50,872 bases of DNA from Alphaproteobacteria bacterium (GCA_043740635.1 JAYUBY010000323.1:1-50872), one strand, 5' to 3'. Shown: positions 1-10,227, counted from the first letter of the stretch. The notes: generated by a model not told the origin, from the letters alone. Numbers and translations are program-made.

Positions 1-80
1 ACGGCCCGCGACGTCTGGCCGACTACACCTTCGCCGGCATCCTGGTCACTCAGGAGGTCGCTACCCAATCAGCCGCTTAA
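1..80 (+). CDS. C-terminal end of an IS1202/ISNCY-type (IS481-related) transposase, partial at window edge
   Basis: Frame from nt 3 reads (H)GPRRLADYTFAGILVTQEVATQSAA*. The HGPRxLAxY tail is typical of these transposases and is followed by an IS-like end. Confidence 0.7.
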   Translation, partial: GPRRLADYTFAGILVTQEVATQSAA

Positions 81-97
81 GCCCGCTCGGCGGCCGA

Positions 98-147
98 CCT
101 GTGGGGTTGTGGGAGACGAAGACAACCGTCGACCACAACCCCACAGG
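98..147. repeat. Perfect 15-bp inverted repeat (hairpin) inside the IS right end
   Basis: CCTGTGGGGTTGTGG (98-112) and CCACAACCCCACAGG (133-147). Confidence 0.9.
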
Positions 148-354
148 CCCTGCTACAACAACGAAGCGGACTTTTGATTAGCTACGAAAAGGGGACATCT
201 TCATTAGCTACCGACAGTTGTATTTCGGTGATTAGCGAAATTTGTCTTGGCGACAATCACATCTCGGAAAGCTCAGGTGGATCGAGATCTCTGCGGGGGC
301 GAAGCTGCCTGATGGCCGTCCGCCGGATCGAGACACCCTGGTGTTGAGCCCCGG

Positions 355-3060
355 CTATTTCTTCGGGGACGCAGCCCCCAACAACCCCTTCAACCGGTAG
401 AGCGCGTCCATCGCCTCGCGGGGGCTCATACCGTCGGGATCCATGACGCGGAGCGCTTCCTCGGCGGGGCTCGGCCCATAATACGGCGCAGCCGCTGCCA
501 CCGTGGCAAACAGGGGCAGGTCGTCGAGGTTGGCGGGGCCGGCGGCTTCGCGTTCCAAGCGCACCAGGACGTCGCGGGCGCGGGCGACCACGGGTGCAGG
601 GACGCCGGCGAGCTTGGCCACCTGGACGCCGTAGCTGCGGTCTGCCGGACCAGGCCCGGCCTCGTGCAGGAAGATTAGATCACCGTTCCACTCCCTGGCT
701 TTGAGCGACAGGTTGGCGACATAGGCTAGGCGGTGCTCCAGCACAGCAAGCTCGTGATAGTGCGTCGCGAAGAGCGCGCGACAGCGGTTGGTCTCGTGCA
801 GGGCCTCAGCGCAGGCCCAGGCGATGGCGAGCCCGTCGTACGTCGCCGTGCCGCGGCCGATCTCGTCCAAGATCACAAACGACCTCGGCGTGGCCTGGGT
901 GAGGATCGCAGCGGTCTCCACCATCTCGGCCATGAAGGTTGAACGGCCACGGGCCAGGTCGTCGCCGGCGCCGACGCGGCTGAACAGCCGGTCGACGACA
1001 CCTAGCCGCAAGCGCTTGGCGGGTACGAAACAGCCCGCCTGGGCCAGCACCGCCAACAGCGCGTTCTGGCGCAGGAATGTCGACTTGCCGGCCATATTCG
1101 GACCGGTGACCAGTGCTAGCCTCGGCCCGCCGGCGCCTGAACCATCAAGCCGGCAGTCATTGGGCGTGAAGGCCTCGCCCGCGCGGCGGACGGCGTTCTC
1201 GACCACTGGATGGCGTGCGGCCTGGACTTCGAAAGCCGTGGAGCGGTCAACGATCGGCCGCGACGCGCCAACATCCTCGGCCCACTCGGCGACGGCAGCG
1301 GCGACATCGAGGCGAGCGGCGGCGCTTGCTGCGGCCTGAATGTCTGCGGCGACGCTGGTGGCCACGTCACGCCATGCCTCGAAAGTCTCGAGCTCTATCG
1401 CCAGCGTACGTTCGGCGGCCTGGGCGATCTTGGCATCCAGTTCGGCCAGCTCGACGGTGGTAAAGCGCACTTGGTTGGCGAGTGTCTGGCGATGGATGAA
1501 GGTCGCATTCAGCGGCGCAGCAAAAAGCGGCTCGGCGGACTTGGCGGTGGTCTCCACGAAATAGCCAAGGACAGCGTTGTGGCGAACTTTCAGCGCGACG
1601 CCGCTTTCTTCCGCCAGGCGGGCCTCCAACTGCAAGATCACGCGGCGGCTGTCGTCGCGCAAAGCGCGGGCCTGGTCGAGTTCGGGGCGCACACCCTCGC
1701 CCACGAAACCGCCGTCGCGAGCTTGGGCCGGTAGGTCGGCGCCCAAGCCCTCGGTCAGCAGAGCACGAAACTGCGCGAGGTTGGGATGCAGGGCCGGTGT
1801 CAGGGCTTGCAACGCCGCCGTCACTTCCTCCGGCGCATGGACGAGCGGATCCTTGGCCGCTGCGAAGAGGGCGTTCACGGCTTCGCCGATCGCCAGGCCG
1901 TCGCGCAGGGCGCCGAGATCGCGAGGGCCGCCGCGTCCCAGCGCCAGTCGCGAAAGGGCTCGCGCCATATCGCCTAACCCTTTCAGGGCCTCCCGGAGCT
2001 TTTGCCTTTGCGACCGCTGCTCGCAGAACCACGCCACAGCATCGAGCCGCGTGTCGATGGCGGCGGGATCAAGCAGCGGCCGGGCCAGCCGCGCAGCCAG
2101 CAGGCGCGCTCCCGGCGCCGTCACCGTGCGATCGATGGCGGCCAGCAGGGAGCCGTCGCGGGAGCCGGAGGTCGCCTTCTCGATCTCCAGGCTGGTCCGC
2201 GTGGCCGGATCGATGGCCATCCCGTCGGCATCGCCGGCCCGGCGCGGCGCCGAGAGCGCAGGCAGCCTGCCGGCCTGCGTCGTCTCCAAGTGGGCGGCGA
2301 TAAGGCCGAGAGCGGAAATCTCCGCACCGGAAAGCGCGCCGAACCCGTCGAGGGTCTCCACGCCGTAGAGCCGCTTCAGTCGCGCCTCTGACGCTGAGGG
2401 CTCCGCCAACGCCTGCGGCAACGGCTGGACGAAGCCGCCGGCCTGCTTCAGGGCCGTGTTGATCGCCTCATCGACGAACAGCCGGTCAGGGACCAGGATC
2501 TCGGAGGGTCCCAACGCCGCCAACGCCGAAGCCAGGCCGGCCACACCTGTTGCGAGAACCTCCACCTCACCGGTGGAAAGCTCCACGCTGGCCACCGCCG
2601 CCTGACCGCCTCTTACCGCGATGGCTGCCAGCCGATTTGCGCCGCGGGCGTCGAGCAGGCCCTCTTCGGTGAGCGTGCCTGGCGTCACCACCCGCACCAC
2701 GTCGCGGTGAACCACCGACTTTGAGCCGCGCTTCCTGGCCTCGGCGGGGTTCTCCATCTGCTCGCAGACCGCAACCTTGAAACCCGCGCGGATCAGCTTG
2801 GCGAGATAGGCCTCGGCGGCATGGACCGGCACGCCGCACATCGGAATTGGATTACCCGCGTGCTGGCCGCGAGCGGTAAGGGTGATGCCGAGTGCGGCGC
2901 TCGCCTTCTGGGCGTCTTCGAAGAACAGTTCGTAGAAATCGCCCATGCGGAAGAACACCAACGCATCCGGCTGGCGCGTCTTGGCCTCGAAATACTGCGC
3001 CATCACGGGCGAAGCGCCGGCGGCGGGATCGGGCAATGTGCTGGGAGCTTGGGCGTTCAT
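355..3060 (-). CDS. mutS: DNA mismatch repair protein MutS
   Basis: 901 aa; FFRMGDFYELFFEDA, Walker A TGPNMAGKST, GRSTFMAEM, DEIGRGT, FATHYHEL, SYGVQVAKLAG. Confidence 0.99.
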   Translation of the reverse strand: MNAQAPSTLPDPAAGASPVMAQYFEAKTRQPDALVFFRMGDFYELFFEDAQKASAALGITLTARGQHAGNPIPMCGVPVHAAEAYLAKLIRAGFKVAVCEQMENPAEARKRGSKSVVHRDVVRVVTPGTLTEEGLLDARGANRLAAIAVRGGQAAVASVELSTGEVEVLATGVAGLASALAALGPSEILVPDRLFVDEAINTALKQAGGFVQPLPQALAEPSASEARLKRLYGVETLDGFGALSGAEISALGLIAAHLETTQAGRLPALSAPRRAGDADGMAIDPATRTSLEIEKATSGSRDGSLLAAIDRTVTAPGARLLAARLARPLLDPAAIDTRLDAVAWFCEQRSQRQKLREALKGLGDMARALSRLALGRGGPRDLGALRDGLAIGEAVNALFAAAKDPLVHAPEEVTAALQALTPALHPNLAQFRALLTEGLGADLPAQARDGGFVGEGVRPELDQARALRDDSRRVILQLEARLAEESGVALKVRHNAVLGYFVETTAKSAEPLFAAPLNATFIHRQTLANQVRFTTVELAELDAKIAQAAERTLAIELETFEAWRDVATSVAADIQAAASAAARLDVAAAVAEWAEDVGASRPIVDRSTAFEVQAARHPVVENAVRRAGEAFTPNDCRLDGSGAGGPRLALVTGPNMAGKSTFLRQNALLAVLAQAGCFVPAKRLRLGVVDRLFSRVGAGDDLARGRSTFMAEMVETAAILTQATPRSFVILDEIGRGTATYDGLAIAWACAEALHETNRCRALFATHYHELAVLEHRLAYVANLSLKAREWNGDLIFLHEAGPGPADRSYGVQVAKLAGVPAPVVARARDVLVRLEREAAGPANLDDLPLFATVAAAAPYYGPSPAEEALRVMDPDGMSPREAMDALYRLKGLLGAASPKK

Positions 3061-3189
3061 GAGCCGCGTGACGCTAACTGCCGAAGCAAGGTCCGTCAGC
3101 CCCCATGACCCCTTGAACCGCGGGCGAACAAGCCCAAGCTGTGGATGGATGTCGCATCTCGTGGAGCGTCTTCCCTTGGGCTTTCGACC

Positions 3190-3689
3190 GTGAGCTTCGT
3201 GGTGTTCCCCGCCGGCCCGTCCGACGCCGAGGAAATGCGCGCGTTCACGTGATCTCGTGGCGCGAGACCTATCGCGGCCTATTGCCGGACGCCTTCCTTG
3301 CGCGAATGAGCGAAGCCGGTTTCACGCGGCGTTTCCGGCGAGCGCTGACTAACCCGGGCGACAGCATTACTCTGGTCGGCGCGAGTCGCTGCAGCGCATC
3401 GCGACATGGAATTCCGGGCAAAGCGGAGATCGCAACGCTCCATATCCTTCGGCAGTCCCAGGGTTGCGGGCTGGGCGCGCAGCTAATGAAAGAAACCTCG
3501 AGGGCGCTCGCCGCCCAGGGCGCGACCTCACTGATGATCTCCGTCCTGCGTGACAACATAAGGGCGAGGGGTTTCTACGAACATCTGGGTGGCGAGCCCG
3601 AGGAGGCGCGACAGGAACCTGGGCCGGGCGGTCGTCTGCTCTTCGAGGTCGCCTATCGCTGGGCGGACATCCGAAGTCTGACCGCTTGA
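3190..3689 (+). pseudogene. GNAT-family acetyltransferase, frameshifted near the 5' end
   Basis: GTG at 3190 gives MSFVVFPAGPSDAEEM and then hits TGA. The GNAT body (ARVHVISWRETYRGLLPD...QGCGLG...VLRDNIRARGFYEHLGG) is in another frame. One extra G in GAAATGCGCGCGTT would join them. Confidence 0.7.
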
Positions 3690-4594
3690 TGCTGAAAACG
3701 CTCGGCCTGGCGTTGCTGGCGGCCAGCCTGACGCTTTCCGCTCGCGCCCAGCCGAAGCTCATGGATTGGCCGGACTTGATGGCGCGCCCCCTTCCAAAGG
3801 CCTCAGCCCGCCTGGCCTATGGTTCCGATCCACTGCAGGTCGCTGAGGTCTGGCGGCCAGATGGAAGGGGCCCGTTCCCGACTGTCCTGATGATCCATGG
3901 CGGCTGCTGGCGCTCGAGCCTCTCGAACCTGCACATCATGGACTACGCCGCTGAGGACCTGCGCCGGCGAGGGATCGGCGTCTGGAACATCGAATATCGT
4001 GGCGTCGACCGGCCGGGCGGCGGCTATCCTGGGACCTTCCTGGATGTGAACGCTGCTGCAGACGCGTTCGTAACCCATGCCAAATCCTATGGCCTGCGGA
4101 CCGACAAGATCGTGGTGCTGGGACACTCCGCCGGCGGCCACCTTGCCCTTTGGCTGGCCGGACGCACGAAGCTCCCGAGGACGAGCCCGCTGTTCGATCC
4201 AAAACGTCTCGACATCCTTTGGACAGTGAGCCTGGGCGGCGTGCCGGATCTCGCCACCGCGGCGGAGGCTTGTGGCGAGAAGACAGTCGCTCGCCTGCTG
4301 TCTGGATCGACGGCAGCCGATCCGCTGGCAGACACATCGCCAGCCCGATTACTACCCTTGCCGGTTGCCCGGATGCTGATCCACGGACAACTGGACGACA
4401 CCTCACCGCCAACCCAAGGCAAGGACTATGTCGCCAAGGCGCGCTCGGCCCACGACATCCGCGCCTGGGCCTACGCCATCCCCAGCGACGGTCATGTGGA
4501 GGAGATAGCGCCTGAATCCCGTACCTGGGCCGCCGTCACTGGGGGCCTGGATTCAGTCTTCCATAGCTCGACGGCGCCTGGGTGCTCCAGCTGA
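3689..4594 (+). CDS. Secreted alpha/beta hydrolase (esterase/lipase-like)
   Basis: Signal peptide, IHGGCW oxyanion motif, GHSAGGHLA nucleophile elbow, IHGQLDD, GH. ATG overlaps the upstream TGA. Confidence 0.9.
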   Translation: MLKTLGLALLAASLTLSARAQPKLMDWPDLMARPLPKASARLAYGSDPLQVAEVWRPDGRGPFPTVLMIHGGCWRSSLSNLHIMDYAAEDLRRRGIGVWNIEYRGVDRPGGGYPGTFLDVNAAADAFVTHAKSYGLRTDKIVVLGHSAGGHLALWLAGRTKLPRTSPLFDPKRLDILWTVSLGGVPDLATAAEACGEKTVARLLSGSTAADPLADTSPARLLPLPVARMLIHGQLDDTSPPTQGKDYVAKARSAHDIRAWAYAIPSDGHVEEIAPESRTWAAVTGGLDSVFHSSTAPGCSS

Positions 4595-4607
4595 CGGCAG
4601 CTCCGCT

Positions 4608-5561
4608 CTAAGCCTCGACCTTATCCTCGGCGGCATATGTCAGAGAAACAAACACATCTTCCAGGTCCGGGTCCTCGGTGGAGATATCCTTTATGTGCAA
4701 GCCGGCGGCGCGGATGGCGGCCAAGACCTGCTCGACCGACGAGTGGCCTGTCCTGTAGCCGACTGAGAACCCGCCAGCGGGCAAGAGGTGGGTCTCGAAG
4801 CCTTTCAGCGTCGGGGCCGCGGTGACCGGCTCCTCCGGCGTCACCAGCACCTTGCGAGTGTCCATGCGCGCAAGGAGGGTTGTCGTCGGCTCGCAGGCGA
4901 CCACCTGGCCGCGGTTGATGATCGCGATCTGGTCGCAGAGTTCCTGGGCCTCCTCAAGGTAGTGGGTGGTGAGGACGATGGTCACGCCCTTCCGGTTCAG
5001 CTCCAGCACATAGGCCCAAAGCTGGCGGCGCAGCTCCACGTCAACGCCTGCTGTTGGCTCATCGAGGATCAGCACCGGCGGGTTGTGGACCATGGCCTTG
5101 GCGACCATCAACCGACGCTTCATGCCGCCGGAAAGCTGGCGGACATAGGCGTTGGCCTTGTCGCCGAGGCCTAGCGCATTGAGCAATTCCATCGTTCGCC
5201 GCTCGGCTGGAGGAACGGCGTACATGCCGGCGGCCACTTCCAGCGACTCTTTCGGCGTGAAAAAGGGGTCGGCGGCGATCTCCTGAGGCACGACGCCAAT
5301 GGCGGCGCGCGCATCGCGGGGGCGCTCGTCGATGTCGCGACCCCAAATCGAAACTGTCCCGGAGGTCTTCCGGCAGAGGCCCGCCAGGATGTTGATGAAG
5401 GTCGACTTGCCGGCGCCGTTCGGACCGAGCAGCCCAAAGATCGAGCCGCGCGGGATCGCCAGGTCCAGGCCCTTCAGCGCCTGCATTTCCGGCGTGGTCT
5501 TAGTGGCGGCATAGGTCTTGACCAGGCCCTTGGCCTCAATCGCGTAGTGCGGCAGTTCCAT
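4608..5561 (-). CDS. ABC transporter ATP-binding protein (ABC-2/YadG-like)
   Basis: GPNGAGKST, LSGGMKRR, ILDEPTAG, TTHYLEEA. Start at 5561 or 5567 after AGGA. Confidence 0.93.
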   Translation of the reverse strand: MELPHYAIEAKGLVKTYAATKTTPEMQALKGLDLAIPRGSIFGLLGPNGAGKSTFINILAGLCRKTSGTVSIWGRDIDERPRDARAAIGVVPQEIAADPFFTPKESLEVAAGMYAVPPAERRTMELLNALGLGDKANAYVRQLSGGMKRRLMVAKAMVHNPPVLILDEPTAGVDVELRRQLWAYVLELNRKGVTIVLTTHYLEEAQELCDQIAIINRGQVVACEPTTTLLARMDTRKVLVTPEEPVTAAPTLKGFETHLLPAGGFSVGYRTGHSSVEQVLAAIRAAGLHIKDISTEDPDLEDVFVSLTYAAEDKVEA

Positions 5562-5653
5562 CGTCATCCTGTCGTTGACGGCGAAAGCCGCGGTCGCATA
5601 CCTAGGCGCGCGGCGGCCTCTCCACAATCGGGCCGCCAGTCAGGAACCGACAG

Positions 5654-5971
5654 ATGGCTCGCACCGCTCCGACCAAGGCCGCCGGCAAAACCGCAGCCAA
5701 GGCGCCCGCTCGCAAGGGCAAGCCGGCGCCCGAGTCCGTGACGTCTGTCGGCATTCCGGCGCCAGAGACCATCGTGGTCCGCTCCAAACGCGTCGCCTGC
5801 GATGGCGTCGGCGGCGCGCTCGGCCACCCGCGGGTGTGGCTCGAAATGGGCGAGGCGAATTTCGTGGAGTGTTCGTACTGCGACCGCCGGTTCGTTTTGG
5901 CAGTCGGCGCCGAGGGCAAGGAGAACGAACTCACTGCGCCCGGCGTCTACGAAGGCTCGCATGGGCACTAG
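5654..5971 (+). CDS. Zinc-finger (zf-CHCC / NDUFS6-like) domain protein
   Basis: VACDGVGGALGHPRVWL...VECSYCDRRF. AGGA RBS upstream. Confidence 0.9.
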   Translation: MARTAPTKAAGKTAAKAPARKGKPAPESVTSVGIPAPETIVVRSKRVACDGVGGALGHPRVWLEMGEANFVECSYCDRRFVLAVGAEGKENELTAPGVYEGSHGH

Positions 5972-6014
5972 TTTCCTCCCCGCTCATCATCCGGGCAGGT
6001 CCCGGCCATGACGC

Positions 6015-6385
6015 TCAAAAAAGATATGAGAGTCGGAAGGCCCTAGTAGTAGTGCCACCCCGGCAGGGTAGACGTGGCCCCCGCGTCTTGCTGTTCGGTG
6101 AATTTATCACCCCAGGGTCTCGCGCGTTGGAAGACATCTCGAGCGATGCCATATGGCACCCCGCGGGAGCGAGGGCGCGACCCTTAGATAATCAGCCTCG
6201 GTCAGAAACGCGGCGTACGCGAGCGCCACAAAGCGTCCCTTGAGATTGCGTCGCTCGATCGCGGCCCGAACCTGGTCGACGGTGTAAGAGCTGGACGCTC
6301 CCCAATCCGCCTCCAGTTCCCCCGGAAGATACCTTGCGTAAGCCTTTGCTGCCCTGTGGAGCGCGATCCGAGAGAAGAAATTCAT
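6015..6385 (-). pseudogene. Small hypothetical protein (resembles DUF6559), probably frameshifted near 6160
   Basis: ORF 6107-6385 (AAKAYARYLPGELEADWG..YTVDQVRAAI..LAYAAFL). At a G-run near 6160 a shifted frame continues with a more natural-looking VPYGIARDVFQRARPW to a stop at 6015. Confidence 0.45.
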
Positions 6386-6400
6386 CGGTCGGCGGCCGAC

Positions 6401-7519
6401 TTAGACTCTTAAGGGCATCAATATGTACTGCACGCCCGCGTCCTGCGGATCGAGCACTAGAGCCGGGTCGTTCGGCCCACCGAAACGCAGCTCAGCCATT
6501 TCGCCGGAGATCTGGTCGGTTATATCCAGCAAGTAGCGAGCATTGAACGACAGCTCGAAGGCGTCGCCGTCGTAGTCGAGCTCCAGCTCTTCGACAGCCT
6601 GGCCCGCTTCCATGTTGCGCACCGTGAGCACGCACTTGCCACCCTCGACAGCCATCCGCACCGAGCGGCTCTTCTCGGCTGAGATCGTGGCCACCCGGTC
6701 GACGGCCTTGGCGAAGAGCTTGGAATCCACCAGCACGATGCGGGTGTTGTCCTTGGGGATCACCCGCGGATAGTCGGGGAAGGTGCCATCGATCACTTTG
6801 GAGGTGAGCGCCGCACCGCCGAAGTCGAAGCGAACCTTCTGCGGGCTGATCTGCAGCTCGACCTGCTCGCCGGCGTCTTCCAGAAGGCGGCGGGCCTCGT
6901 TGATGGTCTTGCGGGGCACGATGACGCCGGGTGCTCCGACCGCGCCTTCCGGCGCAGCCATCTCGGCAAGGGCCAGACGCGAACCATCGGTGGCCACGGC
7001 GCGCAGCTTGGGGCTACCGTCTTCGACCACCGTGTGGAGATAGAGGCCGTTCAGGTAGTAGCGGGTCTCTTCGGCCGAGATCGCGAACTTGGTCTTGTCG
7101 ATCAGCCGGATCAGGTCGCCTACATCGACGGCAAGCCGGCTCGACAAACCGTCTGAGCTCATGACGGGGAAGTCGCCGGCGGGCAGGACTGGAAGGTTGA
7201 AGCGGCTGCGTCCGGCCGAAACCGTCAGGCGCGGATCCTCGCCTGTGAAGCTGAGCACCACGTCTGCCCCTTCGGGCAGCTTGCGGACAATCTCATAGAG
7301 GGTGTGAGCCGGGGCGGTGATCTGACCGGGTTGGTCGACCTGGGCCAAGGCCTCGTCGATAATCTCGAGATCTAGGTCCGTCGCCGAGAAGGTCAGACGG
7401 TCGCGCTCGGCAGACAGCAGGACGTTCGACAGAATCGGGATGGTGTTGCGCCGTTCAACCGCGCTTTGCACATGCCCTAGCGCCTTCAAAAGCGCCGCAC
7501 GCTCGATCGTCAGCTTCAT
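6401..7519 (-). CDS. dnaN: DNA polymerase III beta clamp
   Basis: MKLTIERAALLKALGHVQSAVERRNTIPILSNVLL, ATDLDLE, EETRYYLNG, FPDY, FNARYL, ILMPLRV. Confidence 0.99.
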   Translation of the reverse strand: MKLTIERAALLKALGHVQSAVERRNTIPILSNVLLSAERDRLTFSATDLDLEIIDEALAQVDQPGQITAPAHTLYEIVRKLPEGADVVLSFTGEDPRLTVSAGRSRFNLPVLPAGDFPVMSSDGLSSRLAVDVGDLIRLIDKTKFAISAEETRYYLNGLYLHTVVEDGSPKLRAVATDGSRLALAEMAAPEGAVGAPGVIVPRKTINEARRLLEDAGEQVELQISPQKVRFDFGGAALTSKVIDGTFPDYPRVIPKDNTRIVLVDSKLFAKAVDRVATISAEKSRSVRMAVEGGKCVLTVRNMEAGQAVEELELDYDGDAFELSFNARYLLDITDQISGEMAELRFGGPNDPALVLDPQDAGVQYILMPLRV

Positions 7520-7631
7520 GTCTCTGTCCGAACCGCACCGCACAGGCGCGATTCGCTGCCTGCGCCCCCGACCTGGAAGGGACTTGCGACATTAACGAAA
7601 TTCGAGGGGCGTGGAAGGGGCGCCCAGGCGC

Positions 7632-8252
7632 TTATGCGCGTCGATCCACAGCCCCGCCGGGATCGGACTCTTCGCCAGCCTCGTAAGGGTTCGGACCCGC
7701 GACGCTGGCGGGAGCCGGTGCTGCAGCCGGGCCTTCCTTCGCCGCCACGACGACCATGGCCGGGCGAACCAGGCGGCCGAGCAATTCGTAGCCAGGCTGC
7801 ATGACCTCAACGACGCCGCCTGCGGCCACATCTGTGCCGGGCTGTTCCATCATCGCCTGATGGCGGTGCGGATCGAATCGCTCACCACGCAGTGGTTCGA
7901 GTTTCTTCAGACCGTTCCGTTCAAAGGCGACTTGCAGTTCCTTTTCGGTCATCTCGATGCCAAGGACGAAATTCTTCACCGCCGGGTCGGCAGCCTCTGC
8001 CGGTTCGTGGGCCAGGGCGCGCGCGAGGTTGTCAGCCACGCCCAGCAAGTCGCGAGCGAATTTCTGGATGGCGTAGGCGCGCGCGTCATTGGCCTCGCGC
8101 TCGGCGCGCCGCCTAGTGTTCTCCGCTTCCGCCGCGAAGCGCAGAATTTGCTCCTTCAGCGCAGCGTTCTCTACCTTCAGCACGGTGTTTTCGTCCGCGG
8201 TCGCTTCGGCGATGAAGGCGTCAACTTCGTCTGGCGTATTGTCTTCGGACAT
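7632..8252 (-). CDS. grpE: Nucleotide exchange factor GrpE
   Basis: AEAENTRRR, FARDLLGVADNL, FDPHRHQAM, GYELLGRLVRPAMVVVA. Confidence 0.98.
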   Translation of the reverse strand: MSEDNTPDEVDAFIAEATADENTVLKVENAALKEQILRFAAEAENTRRRAEREANDARAYAIQKFARDLLGVADNLARALAHEPAEAADPAVKNFVLGIEMTEKELQVAFERNGLKKLEPLRGERFDPHRHQAMMEQPGTDVAAGGVVEVMQPGYELLGRLVRPAMVVVAAKEGPAAAPAPASVAGPNPYEAGEESDPGGAVDRRA

Positions 8253-8267
8253 CTGTCTCTTCGTCTC

Positions 8268-9368
8268 TTAAGCGTTCATGACTTGGCCCAGCACGCGGGC
8301 AGTATAGTCCACGAGGGGGATGATCCGGGCATAGTTCAACCGCGCGGGGCCGATAACCCCGATCGCGCCCAAAACCCGTTGCGAGCCCGTCATATAGGGG
8401 GCCGCGATCACGGCGGAACCCGAAAGCGAGAAGAGGCGGGTCTCCGCGCCAATGAAAATGCGCACGCCTTGGCCGTCGCGTACCCCGTCCAGAAGCGAAA
8501 TCAGCTGCTCCTTCTGCTCAAGGTCCTCGAAGAGCGAGCGGACGCGCTCCAGGTCTTCGACGGCGCCAGCCTCCTCAAGCAAGTTGGCGCGGCCCCGCAC
8601 GATCAGCGCGCGATCCTTCACCTCGCCGCCGCCCCAGGCCGCCAAGCCGTCCTCGACCAGCTTGGCGGCGGTGGCGTCAAGCTCGCGCCGAGCTTGGTCG
8701 AGGTCGGCGCGTAGATCGCTTTTCGCCTCAAGCAATGTACGGCCGCGAAGGCGGGCGTTCAGGAAATTCGAGGCCTCGGTCAGCGCGGAGGGTGTGACGC
8801 CGGCCGGCAGGCGGATCAGCCGATTCTCCACCGTGCCGTCGGCGAAGACCATGATTACCAGCGTTCGGTCGCCGCCCAGCGACACGAATTCAACATGCTT
8901 GACCCCTGCATCGCGGATCGGGGTCACAACGACGCCGGCGCCTCCGGCCAGGCCGGAAAGTATGGAGCTGGCCTCGTTCAGAGCATCTTCGTAGTTGCGG
9001 CCGTGGGCGTGCAGCCGCGCCTCAATGGCTTGGCGGTCGATTTGACCGATGTCGCCGACCTCCAGCAGGCCATCGACGAACAGCCGTAGCCCCGCATGGG
9101 TCGGCAGACGGCCGGCGCTCATGTGTGGCGCGCCCAGCAAGCCGAGCTGGGTCAGATCCTGCATGGTGTTGCGGATCGAGGCGGGAGAGAGCGGCAGGCC
9201 ACCCTTAGAAAGGGTGCGCGACCCCACCGGCTCGCCGGTTTCCAGATAGCTCTCCACGATACGGCGGAAGATGTCCCGCGCGCGTTCGTCAAGTTCGGCC
9301 AACGAGGGACCGGAGGCGAAAAGGGGGCTACTCACTGGGACGTGCGCTGGGTTCTCACGAGCGTCCAT
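8268..9368 (-). CDS. hrcA: Heat-inducible transcription repressor HrcA
   Basis: [50 protein letters not shown]. Adjacent to grpE. Confidence 0.98.
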   Translation of the reverse strand: MDARENPAHVPVSSPLFASGPSLAELDERARDIFRRIVESYLETGEPVGSRTLSKGGLPLSPASIRNTMQDLTQLGLLGAPHMSAGRLPTHAGLRLFVDGLLEVGDIGQIDRQAIEARLHAHGRNYEDALNEASSILSGLAGGAGVVVTPIRDAGVKHVEFVSLGGDRTLVIMVFADGTVENRLIRLPAGVTPSALTEASNFLNARLRGRTLLEAKSDLRADLDQARRELDATAAKLVEDGLAAWGGGEVKDRALIVRGRANLLEEAGAVEDLERVRSLFEDLEQKEQLISLLDGVRDGQGVRIFIGAETRLFSLSGSAVIAAPYMTGSQRVLGAIGVIGPARLNYARIIPLVDYTARVLGQVMNA

Positions 9369-9388
9369 GGACTGGACCTTGCCGATCT

Positions 9389-9417
9389 AGGATAAGCGCG
9401 GCGCAAGTGGGCGCAAG
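9389..9417 (-). promoter_or_regulatory. Putative sigma32 (RpoH) promoter of hrcA-grpE
   Basis: Minus strand CTTG-N17-CTTATCCT, resembling the alphaproteobacterial RpoH consensus, just upstream of hrcA. Confidence 0.5.
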
Positions 9418-9443
9418 CTGCGCGCCACCTCCAGGAGTATTCT

Positions 9444-10160
9444 ATGCGTCCGTCCGAGCGCCTTGCCGACGTCCTTCGGCCCGTGACCCTGGAGACTGGT
9501 GTCAATCGTTATGCCGAGGGCTCCTGCCTTGTCAGCTTTGGCCACACCAAGGTGCTGGTGACGGCCAGTCTTGAGGAAGGCGTCCCTGGATTCTTGCGCG
9601 GCAAGGGCCAAGGTTGGGTCACTGCCGAATATGGCATGCTGCCTCGCGCTACCCACACACGCGGCCGGCGCGAAGCGGCTCAAGGCAAGCAGTCCGGCCG
9701 CACCCAGGAGATTCAGCGGCTGATCGGCCGCTCTATGCGCGCCATCGTCGACCTGAAGGCCTTGGGCGAGCGTCAGATCTCGATCGACTGCGACGTGATT
9801 CAAGCTGACGGCGGAACACGTACAGCCTCGGTGACAGGAGCGTGGGTGGCGTTGCGGCTAGCCACCAGATACCTGCTGGACGAAGGCGTGATCACGAAAG
9901 ACCCGATCCTCGATGCCGTAGCGGCAATCAGCTGCGGCGTGTTCAAGGACGCCCCCGTGCTCGATCTCGACTACGAAGAAGATTCCAACGCCGAGGCTGA
10001 CGCCAATTTCGTGCTCACCGGAGCCGGTGACATTGTCGAAATCCAGGCCACCGGCGAAAAGCGTGGCTTCTCGGAGGGCGAATTCGAAGCCCTCTTCTCG
10101 CTGGCCCGAAAGGGTATCGGCGAGCTCATCACCCTGCAACGCGCCGCGACGGGCGGCTAG
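9444..10160 (+). CDS. rph: Ribonuclease PH
   Basis: [63 protein letters not shown]. Confidence 0.99.
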   Translation: MRPSERLADVLRPVTLETGVNRYAEGSCLVSFGHTKVLVTASLEEGVPGFLRGKGQGWVTAEYGMLPRATHTRGRREAAQGKQSGRTQEIQRLIGRSMRAIVDLKALGERQISIDCDVIQADGGTRTASVTGAWVALRLATRYLLDEGVITKDPILDAVAAISCGVFKDAPVLDLDYEEDSNAEADANFVLTGAGDIVEIQATGEKRGFSEGEFEALFSLARKGIGELITLQRAATGG

Positions 10161-10165
10161 TACGC

Positions 10166-10195
10166 AAAACGGGCGTCTGGTTGCCCAGACGCCCG
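10166..10195. terminator. Intrinsic terminator between convergent rph and the small ORF
   Basis: CGGGCGTCTGG-TTGC-CCAGACGCCCG 11-bp stem. The flanking AAAA gives a U-tract on the minus strand. Confidence 0.75.
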
Positions 10196-10227
10196 CTTGG
10201 TCACAGTCCGCTGGGGCGATGTTTTCT

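Larger units (their letters stand above)
1..216 (+). mobile_element. Right end of an insertion sequence (IS1202/ISNCY-like), terminus ...CCGACA at 216
   Basis: Transposase tail, a 15-bp inverted repeat (98-147), two subterminal direct repeats GGACTTTTGATTAGCTAC (~168-186) and GGACATCTTCATTAGCTAC (~193-211), ending in ACA, consistent with TGT...ACA termini. Confidence 0.7.

Noticed and set aside
217-249. Possible dif/xrs (XerCD) site next to the IS end
   Set aside because: Only ATTTCG resembles a XerC arm; there is no TTATGTTAAAT-like XerD arm at the 11-6-11 spacing.
7611-8714. 367-aa + strand ORF
   Set aside because: Antisense shadow of grpE/hrcA with no motifs; long shadow ORFs are expected at this GC content.
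9369-9443. CIRCE operator near hrcA
   Set aside because: No TTAGCACTC-N9-GAGTGCTAA match seen here or noticed elsewhere in the window.
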